Virus record (IMG/VR): IMGVR_UViG_3300032232_000305
Coordinates: 1 to 41,128 of that record
Reading direction: 5' to 3' (one strand)
Length of the DNA: 41,128 bases
DNA from: a virus
Taxonomy: Duplodnaviria > Caudoviricetes
Numbering within the stretch: the first letter of the stretch is position 1; every line of letters starts with the position of its first letter. Made by a program: the position numbers and the translations under genes. Shown here in pieces: positions 35,459 to 41,128 of this stretch. The notes beneath the pieces were generated by a model. The model saw only the letters and a program-made list of their open reading frames with translations, searched no databases and was not told the origin of the DNA.

Positions 35459-35655
35459 ACATCATTAAACTGGCGCTTAAAGCTGGATGGGATGACAAAG
35501 AAGACCACATCAACATTGAAGCCTTTGCTGAGCTTGTCCGTGCGGATGAGCGTAGATTTATTGCAGAAAAATGGGAAAAATGGTACGGCTATGACAAACA
35601 TGGTGTAGCCGAATTTATTCGTAAGAGAGCTAATACTCAAGAGGAGCAGACATGA
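35455..35655 (+). CDS. Small-ORF array gene, paralogue of 35249..35458
   Basis: Shares MNII.LA..AG and LVRADER; start moved to the ATGA junction at 35455. Confidence 0.7.
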   Translation: MNIIKLALKAGWDDKEDHINIEAFAELVRADERRFIAEKWEKWYGYDKHGVAEFIRKRANTQEEQT

Positions 35656-35810
35656 TATTGACCCAAGGAAAAACAGTGCAGGGGCTGGTAGACGAGTTGC
35701 TGGAAACAATCCACCAGTACGACGAGGTAATGTATATGTCAACCGCAATTGGTTGCTTGGAACTTGTGAAGCAGCAGCTTATTAACGATAGTCTGGAGGA
35801 CACGTTATGA
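35652..35810 (+). CDS. 52-aa array gene (missing from the ORF track)
   Basis: MILTQGKTVQGLVDELLETIHQY...EDTL; ATGA overlaps at both ends. Confidence 0.7.
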   Translation: MILTQGKTVQGLVDELLETIHQYDEVMYMSTAIGCLELVKQQLINDSLEDTL

Positions 35811-36037
35811 GCAATATGACACCGTGGTTCCCGCCGCACATCAAGCCTGTAAATATAGGCGTGTATGAAGTCAAAGACGCTTACAAACTACCCCACACTT
35901 TGCCAGTGTATTCAAGGTGGGACGGGCTAGAGTGGTCGAATCAATCTTATTACAAACATGAACCTGAGTTGCATTACACATCGTATGGCGCAGGGCAAGA
36001 GAAGTTGTGGCGCGGTTTTACTAAGGAGCAGACATGA
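35807..36037 (+). CDS. Small-ORF array gene
   Basis: TPWFPPHIKPVNIGVYEV...WRG; coupled. Confidence 0.7.
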   Translation: MSNMTPWFPPHIKPVNIGVYEVKDAYKLPHTLPVYSRWDGLEWSNQSYYKHEPELHYTSYGAGQEKLWRGFTKEQT

Positions 36038-36276
36038 CTGGATATCAATCAAAGAAGGCATCGGCGCAGGACAAGATGACTGCTGCACCTGATAATTTCT
36101 ACACCATAAAACTGCCCGAGCAATCGGAGTGGAGATGCTACTTGTTTGGCAACACACCGCAACACGACCAAGGCATTGTTTACATTCCCAGAAAAGGGCA
36201 AGAGCCAAACCGGTTTGTGCGCTGGATGATGAAGGTGTGTTTTGCTTGCACTTGGATTAAGGAGAAGAACACATGA
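36034..36276 (+). CDS. Small-ORF array gene
   Basis: 80 aa, coupled, ends KEKNT. Confidence 0.7.
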   Translation: MTGYQSKKASAQDKMTAAPDNFYTIKLPEQSEWRCYLFGNTPQHDQGIVYIPRKGQEPNRFVRWMMKVCFACTWIKEKNT

Positions 36277-36635
36277 CACCAACAGCGCAAGCATACGAAT
36301 GGGTAAAAACAGGTCACTGGTCTTTGCGTCAATTTCGTGAATGGTTTGACGCACAACAGCGCACATGGGTAGGCAGTGGCGACCTTGAGGATTCAAACGC
36401 TTATCAGACCCCACCCGCAGCACAGCCAGTAGGCCAAGCGCCTTGTGCAAAACACTGCGAGTCCACTGCTTATGAGATTGTGATTCGCGGACTCAAGGGC
36501 GACATTGAGCGAATGAAAGCAGCACAGCGCACATGGGTAGGGCTGACGGCAGATGAATATGCGGAACTAGCCCAAGAATATGGGCCGTTTCCAATTAACC
36601 AAATTGAAGCCAAACTCAAGGAGAAGAACACATGA
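36273..36635 (+). CDS. Mosaic array gene (QRTWVG twice, TPPAAQP)
   Basis: 120 aa with internal exact DNA repeats; ends KEKNT. Confidence 0.7.
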   Translation: MTPTAQAYEWVKTGHWSLRQFREWFDAQQRTWVGSGDLEDSNAYQTPPAAQPVGQAPCAKHCESTAYEIVIRGLKGDIERMKAAQRTWVGLTADEYAELAQEYGPFPINQIEAKLKEKNT

Positions 36636-36994
36636 CTAAAGAAGCATTGAATATGGCGCTGAAGGCGCTGCAATTTAGTGGAAATATATGGCACATGGAT
36701 TGCAAAAAAAATGAAGCCATCACCGCCATCAAAGAAGCCTTGGCACAGCCAGAGCAGGAGCCTGTGGCGTGGATGTACCAAAGTGGTGATAAGTTTGGCT
36801 GGCGTGATGAAATCCAGTTTGTACAACCACCAAATCACCCAGTTTTTAGGAACGTAGTAGCCCTATACACCACCCCACCCGCAGCACAGCCAGAGCAGGA
36901 GCGTAACTTCTGCCCCCGCTGCGGTAAGCGCACAGCAGACCTTACCGTTATCCACACTTGCACACCACCCAGGAGAACACATGAAAATCGTTGA
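36632..36994 (+). CDS. Mosaic array gene (AQPEQE twice, TPPAAQP, CPRC..HTC)
   Basis: 120 aa with internal exact DNA repeats and a C-terminal Zn-ribbon-like motif. Confidence 0.7.
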   Translation: MTKEALNMALKALQFSGNIWHMDCKKNEAITAIKEALAQPEQEPVAWMYQSGDKFGWRDEIQFVQPPNHPVFRNVVALYTTPPAAQPEQERNFCPRCGKRTADLTVIHTCTPPRRTHENR

Positions 36995-37148
36995 AATTAA
37001 AGATTACGCTTATCCCTGCATGATGGCAGAACGAGCAGTTAAAAACGTTTACGAATTAATGCTAAAAAACGATACTGACAAAGCAATAGAACAATGTAAT
37101 ATTGCAATGCAAGAAATAATCAACATCATTAACGCTATTAAAAAATGA
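36981..37148 (+). CDS. 55-aa hypothetical protein (missing from the ORF track)
   Basis: MKIVEIKDYAYPCMMAERA...; AGGAG RBS; ATGA overlap with the next gene. Confidence 0.65.
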   Translation: MKIVEIKDYAYPCMMAERAVKNVYELMLKNDTDKAIEQCNIAMQEIINIINAIKK

Positions 37149-37345
37149 CTTACGTACCAAGAATTGAAAATTACGTCCACCGCAAAGAACTTAAACTTAC
37201 GCAACCTTGGACTGCAAGAATACGCGAACAACATGAAGCACTACCGCCAACCATAAGCTTTTGGAATCAACCTGTTTATACGCCTCCTAAAAACGAATAT
37301 GTTCGACCAGGAGCTTTAGACTTTAAAAATATCAAAAGCAAATGA
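37145..37345 (+). CDS. Hypothetical protein
   Basis: 66 aa, coupled; RPGALDF C-terminal motif. Confidence 0.65.
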   Translation: MTYVPRIENYVHRKELKLTQPWTARIREQHEALPPTISFWNQPVYTPPKNEYVRPGALDFKNIKSK

Positions 37346-37581
37346 CGCAATACCAAGCCGGTGGAGAAGAGTTTCTATACCCTTTAGCCGGTGATCCTTA
37401 TCCCCTAGAAGACCACAAAGTTATCCTTCTTACAAAAGGTAATGTATGTGTAGTTGGAACATGGAACGATTACTGGTATTTAGGATGGTTACCCCTCCCC
37501 AAAAGAAATAAAGACAAGGAATTACAAGTTGAGCAAGCCCCATCACCCAATAATCAGGGAATTACTGACAAAACACCCTGA
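37342..37581 (+). CDS. Hypothetical protein (W.PLP motif, DUF551-like)
   Basis: KVILLT...GTW...GWLPLPK. Confidence 0.55.
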   Translation: MTQYQAGGEEFLYPLAGDPYPLEDHKVILLTKGNVCVVGTWNDYWYLGWLPLPKRNKDKELQVEQAPSPNNQGITDKTP

Positions 37582-37864
37582 CGGATTAACAGTAAATGAA
37601 ATTTGTAGTTTTACAGGAATCAGAGATAGCAACGTTTTACGTTCACTTAAATCAATGCCTGATGTCTACATTGACAGATGGCATATTGCTAAACAACAAA
37701 AACGTGAACAAGCCGTTTGGATGGCAGTAGAAGTACCCGAACATTGTCCTAGACCAGAAAGGAAAAAAAGTGAAAGATCTACCAAACTTTGCAGCGTGGA
37801 GCAACGAGAACTTAGCCAGATTTTGCATGGATTCGTACATCAAAATGCAGAATCAACAGGCTGA
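37529..37864 (+). CDS. Winged-HTH-like protein
   Basis: IRELLTKHPDGLTVNEI...VLRSLKSM pattern; TTG start after AAGGA. Confidence 0.6.
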   Translation: MSKPHHPIIRELLTKHPDGLTVNEICSFTGIRDSNVLRSLKSMPDVYIDRWHIAKQQKREQAVWMAVEVPEHCPRPERKKSERSTKLCSVEQRELSQILHGFVHQNAESTG

Positions 37865-37949
37865 TATAGAAGACCTTAGATTGTCTCTTAAAGAGGTATC
37901 AGAGGAAATAACAGACATCCTGTATATCATTAAGAAACACTTTGATTGA
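37770..37949 (+). CDS. 59-aa coiled-coil protein (missing from the ORF track)
   Basis: GTG start after AAAGGA; MKDLPNFAAWSNENLARF...KKHFD. Confidence 0.6.
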   Translation: MKDLPNFAAWSNENLARFCMDSYIKMQNQQADIEDLRLSLKEVSEEITDILYIIKKHFD

Positions 37950-37974
37950 AAAAGGGAACATAAGCCCCCCTTTT
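37950..37974. terminator. Possible bidirectional terminator between convergent operons
   Basis: AAAAGGG...CCCTTTT inverted repeat right after the last plus-strand stop; weak stem. Confidence 0.4.
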
Positions 37975-38032
37975 AATTTGGGTAGGATCGTACTCAAATT
38001 GGGTACAAGCCTACTCAATCCATTGAGTTAAA

Positions 38033-38299
38033 TTACTCAACGCACTCTTCTTCTTCGCACTCATACCAGTCGTCAGACTCTTCGTCGTAGAAGTACCAAA
38101 CCTCATTCTCTTCGTCAAACCAGTACGCAACGCCTTCGTCGTCAAACTCGTACTCTTCTTCTTCCTGTTCGTCGTCTTCTTGCTCTAGTTCATCCACAAA
38201 TCGAACAAACTCGCTCAACATTGCCAGCTTCCAAAAAGAATCCGTAGAGATTTTAATGCTTTCACCAAAACCAAAGTTAATAGTCATCTCAAATTCCAT
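38033..38299 (-). CDS. Extremely acidic small protein
   Basis: 35 of 88 residues are D/E and 3 are K/R (hand count); AGGAG RBS. Confidence 0.75.
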   Translation of the reverse strand: MEFEMTINFGFGESIKISTDSFWKLAMLSEFVRFVDELEQEDDEQEEEEYEFDDEGVAYWFDEENEVWYFYDEESDDWYECEEEECVE

Positions 38300-38365
38300 G
38301 ATCTGCTCCTAAAAATTGATGTAGCACCGCGCTACAAACACATCTTAGCTCATGTAAATTACAGA

Positions 38366-39349
38366 CTAATACTTAGAAACGTTTATTACGTTTCCACGGA
38401 ATTCAATGTGATCTTTGTCAAAAACCTGTACAAGTTCCGGTTGCAACAGGTGTCCCTTCCAAATTGTGAGAATGGCAAATCCGCTTCTCCAGTTGGTAGG
38501 GTTGTCTTCCAGGTAGTCAATGAATTGAGGGCCTACAGGGTCTGCAAGGGTTCCTGTGTCTACTCCATACCTTGTGCCGTTAAGGTCGCTAAAAGGGGCT
38601 ACCTTGAGGCTGTGGAGGTGTCCTGTGACGTAGGACTTGCCGGACATAACGCTGTTGTTATAAACTGCGTGTATTCCACCTTTCCAACGATGTTTAATTA
38701 CTACATCATCAGTCGCCCAGCAAGACCAAGCTGGAGTCCACGCTTGAAAATGATCTTTAAGCGTAAAGCCTTTTATATTTGCAAATTCCGGTACACGATT
38801 CGCCAAAGTATTCTCAAAGCGCGCATCATGGTTTCCAAGCGTCCAGATCAGCTTGCATTGACTATTGCCTTCTTTGGCTGCTGTTTCTATCTCCTCAAGA
38901 CTAGCTTCACACGCTTTTAGTTCGCCAATTAAGCTAGGCTTACTGTCCCATCCGATACGAGGGAATCGGGATATAGAAGCTCCGTCAAATGCATCACCGT
39001 TATTGATTACTGCTCGGGGTTTGAATTCTTGAATAGCCCACAAAAGACCTTTGAAGGCTGTTGACCGGATTCCAGGCCAGAAGTGTGCATCACTAAAAAC
39101 GATTACTTGTCCGTTAAGTAATCCAAGATTTGTACGGACATTGTATGGAACTGTTACATAGTCCTTTTGATACTTTAAACCTCTTATGTCTTCTGCTTGA
39201 AGAACAATATTTCTTTTTTTCTCTAAAGTTCTACGCCTAGTATTTGCTCTACGTTCAGTTATTCCAATAATTTCCGAAACTTTTTTTGCAGAACGATGTT
39301 TATTCCATAGCTCTATAAAAACATCTTCGGAACAAGCTTCCTGTGGCAT
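38366..39349 (-). CDS. Calcineurin-like metallophosphoesterase with an N-terminal HTH-like segment
   Basis: SDAH, NGDAFD, GNHD, H and GHLH motifs in canonical order. Confidence 0.85.
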   Translation of the reverse strand: MPQEACSEDVFIELWNKHRSAKKVSEIIGITERRANTRRRTLEKKRNIVLQAEDIRGLKYQKDYVTVPYNVRTNLGLLNGQVIVFSDAHFWPGIRSTAFKGLLWAIQEFKPRAVINNGDAFDGASISRFPRIGWDSKPSLIGELKACEASLEEIETAAKEGNSQCKLIWTLGNHDARFENTLANRVPEFANIKGFTLKDHFQAWTPAWSCWATDDVVIKHRWKGGIHAVYNNSVMSGKSYVTGHLHSLKVAPFSDLNGTRYGVDTGTLADPVGPQFIDYLEDNPTNWRSGFAILTIWKGHLLQPELVQVFDKDHIEFRGNVINVSKY

Positions 39350-39407
39350 ATAGACCTTTCAGAGTTGATTCCGGTTTATAACCTATTTACGTTGCATAAA
39401 TAAGTTT

Positions 39408-39830
39408 TTATGAATAAATTCTTGTACCCTGTTTATCAATAATTAAAACTTGATTGCGAGGTTTACCTTTTGGATCGTTAGTTACGCTAATGTGAGTCCA
39501 GCTATCAAACTCTCTTATTAGCTGGTCAAAAGGCAGTTTGGCAGCAATGATTGCCTTGACTACTTGGTCTGGAGTCATGCTTGGAACTCGAATGTCAGCA
39601 GCGCAACCCAGCCGGTGTTGAGACGAATCACGCGAACCTACAGCATCATTTACTTGCTTGCATCTAAAGGCAGAGTTAATCATTACAGGCTTGCCACCAA
39701 TAGCAACCTTGACTTGCTCAAGTAGTTCTGCAAGGCGTTGTAAGTTTACTGTTTCAGCAGCGTTAGGCGTGTTGTCAAACTGACGGTGATCGGTAACCGT
39801 CAATTCTTTTAGGGTGAAATTGGGTGTCAT
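39408..39830 (-). CDS. Endolysin, peptidase M15A family
   Basis: SAFRC..VN..VG...SSQH..G.AADI and WTHIS Zn-ligand motifs. Confidence 0.9.
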   Translation of the reverse strand: MTPNFTLKELTVTDHRQFDNTPNAAETVNLQRLAELLEQVKVAIGGKPVMINSAFRCKQVNDAVGSRDSSQHRLGCAADIRVPSMTPDQVVKAIIAAKLPFDQLIREFDSWTHISVTNDPKGKPRNQVLIIDKQGTRIYS

Positions 39831-40234
39831 TTGGATGCCTTGTCTGCCAGTTTTTCTGCTGTTCTAAGACCACCAAGGCCAAGCATACCGAGGAGCAATG
39901 GCATCATCGTTCCAGTGTCCATCTGCGGAAACTTTACGGGATGTCCTGCTAAGGATGAACCCCACTCGGCAAGAGGGCCAACAACAAATTGCACAGCAAA
40001 GCCTGCACTGCACACCCATCCGATACTTGGTCGCCAACCTGATACAAAGATACTGCCACTTGCCGCTTCAACTTTATTAATCTCCATCTGCCCACTGATT
40101 TGAGCTAACTCACCGTTCTGTTGCAGCTTAAGCAACTCCAGTTTGGCAGCAGCTTGCTGGGCAGGGTCAGGCAAAACTCGGTCTAGGACTTTGCTTCCGA
40201 CTTCAAGCAGTGCGGATATAGGATCAAGCGCCAT
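39827..40234 (-). CDS. Holin (GTA-type 3TM family)
   Basis: SGWRPSIGWVC and LLGMLGLGGLRTAEK motifs; adjacent to the endolysin. Confidence 0.85.
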   Translation of the reverse strand: MALDPISALLEVGSKVLDRVLPDPAQQAAAKLELLKLQQNGELAQISGQMEINKVEAASGSIFVSGWRPSIGWVCSAGFAVQFVVGPLAEWGSSLAGHPVKFPQMDTGTMMPLLLGMLGLGGLRTAEKLADKASK

Positions 40235-40454
40235 CTGTGGCCCCTTTGTTAGTACGGATGTCTACGATACGCTCGGCAGTCTTACCAGCAAAGATAGCGG
40301 TAATCACAATAATCATTGCTTGCCCAAGAAGGTCAACGTATGCTCCCCGAGTCTCCATCTCAAAGACGGACAGTAAAGCAAAGAAAAAGTAAGAGAACAA
40401 CAAGAACACTACTGTGACCGGCTGAATGTTTTTTGTTAACCAGGATTCATTCAT
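40224..40454 (-). CDS. Two-TM membrane protein (holin/antiholin-like)
   Basis: Two hydrophobic helices and a FAGKTAE end; within the lysis cassette. Confidence 0.6.
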   Translation of the reverse strand: MNESWLTKNIQPVTVVFLLFSYFFFALLSVFEMETRGAYVDLLGQAMIIVITAIFAGKTAERIVDIRTNKGATDGA

Positions 40455-40765
40455 TTTGCTTTCTCCATAATCTTGGCCCTTAAAGCTGGGCTATCCGATG
40501 TCCCTGCCCACTCTGGTAGGGCGTTCCAAATAATTGTGTAGTCATCCACGCTACACTTTGACTTATCAAGCCATTCCAACATGGCTTTATGGCGCTCTGC
40601 TGGGTCATGCTTTGACCAAGCTATAGCGTACAGTTCTTGTGTAGCGCAGTTTGATTGCTTTGGTGGCTTCTTCGGCAGCGGTGTAGGCGGTTCCGTGGAC
40701 AGTATTAATTTGTCCTGTGCTGCCGATACCGTTACTAACATTAAGAGTAAAAATAAACGGCGCAT
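40451..40765 (-). CDS. Secreted protein with a signal peptide
   Basis: MRRLFLLLMLVTVSAA/QD, Pro-rich linker, two Cys. Confidence 0.65.
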   Translation of the reverse strand: MRRLFLLLMLVTVSAAQDKLILSTEPPTPLPKKPPKQSNCATQELYAIAWSKHDPAERHKAMLEWLDKSKCSVDDYTIIWNALPEWAGTSDSPALRAKIMEKAK

Positions 40766-40772
40766 TCATAGT

Positions 40773-41009
40773 CTACTTAAAGCCGTGCTGTTTAGCAAAA
40801 TCAAGAAAAACGTAACCAATACCTACAACCAACATCCAAATTAATGATGTCAACGTTTTCTCAATGATTGCTTTACGAAGGGCTATGGATTGAGCTTCTT
40901 TCTCAATAGCCATCCTAACCCAACGTTGTTCATCGTCTGTCAAAGAATTAACGGCTTTGAACTGAAATAATATTTCCGCTATGAATTCAGCACGGTCTTC
41001 AGGTGACAT
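40773..41009 (-). CDS. Small protein with a C-terminal TM helix (lysis region)
   Basis: 78 aa; TLTSLIWMLVVGIGYVFL. Confidence 0.65.
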   Translation of the reverse strand: MSPEDRAEFIAEILFQFKAVNSLTDDEQRWVRMAIEKEAQSIALRKAIIEKTLTSLIWMLVVGIGYVFLDFAKQHGFK

Positions 41010-41128
41010 GATATTTCCTATCGGGTTGGAGGTGCTATACCACGGGATCCTTGTCCGCCACCAACTTTTTGCATATATTGAAGTTTTTGAAGTTCTTCTG
41101 GTGTTTCACCAGCACCTTTAGAAAAAGT
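41006..41128. repeat. Terminal direct repeat, copy 2
   Basis: Identical to 1-123. Confidence 0.95.

Noticed and set aside
36259-36902. Repeats considered as a CRISPR array or DGR template/variable repeats
   Set aside because: The repeats are of several different types, irregularly spaced and in coding frame; there is no cas gene, reverse transcriptase or adenine-specific mismatch pattern.
37760-37773. A7 run at the overlap of ORFs 37529 and 37770 as a programmed frameshift
   Set aside because: The A-AAA-AAG heptamer is not in the reading frame of the upstream ORF and no stimulatory structure is evident; the downstream ORF has its own RBS.
38008-38033. Resemblance of TTGAGTTAAAT to the XerD arm of dif
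   Set aside because: The spacer to the opposing arm is 4 bp rather than 6 and the XerC-side arm does not match; not supportable as dif.

Overview
The window looks like a complete circularly assembled dsDNA tailed-phage genome of about 41,005 bp; bases 1-123 recur at 41006-41128. Its layout is podovirus-like. A long minus-strand late region runs from a GNAT-like gene and a putative TerS through TerL, portal, scaffold, major capsid, a GIY-YIG homing endonuclease, adaptor, several fibre/lectin proteins, a nozzle-like protein and ejection proteins. It continues across the junction into the lysis genes and a metallophosphoesterase. A plus-strand region carries a lambdoid-type replication/recombination module (DUF1376 initiator with internal iterons, DnaB-like helicase, RusA, Sak-like annealing protein, SSB), followed by a dense array of small translationally coupled ORFs. 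I recognise no integrase, CI-like repressor, DNA polymerase or tRNA. The most unusual signals are: (i) a small-ORF array built from exact 18-22 bp repeated modules and shared RBS/ATGA junctions, preceded by a structured RNA with a loop-E motif; (ii) a C4-like antisense RNA in front of the initiator; (iii) an isolated 2.2 kb block (25.3-27.5 kb) bounded by G/C runs and G4/Z-DNA-prone sequence; (iv) strong enrichment of the palindrome AACGTT; (v) a recurrent promoter architecture; (vi) a very acidic DNA-mimic candidate. All family calls come from motif recognition by eye, not from database searches.
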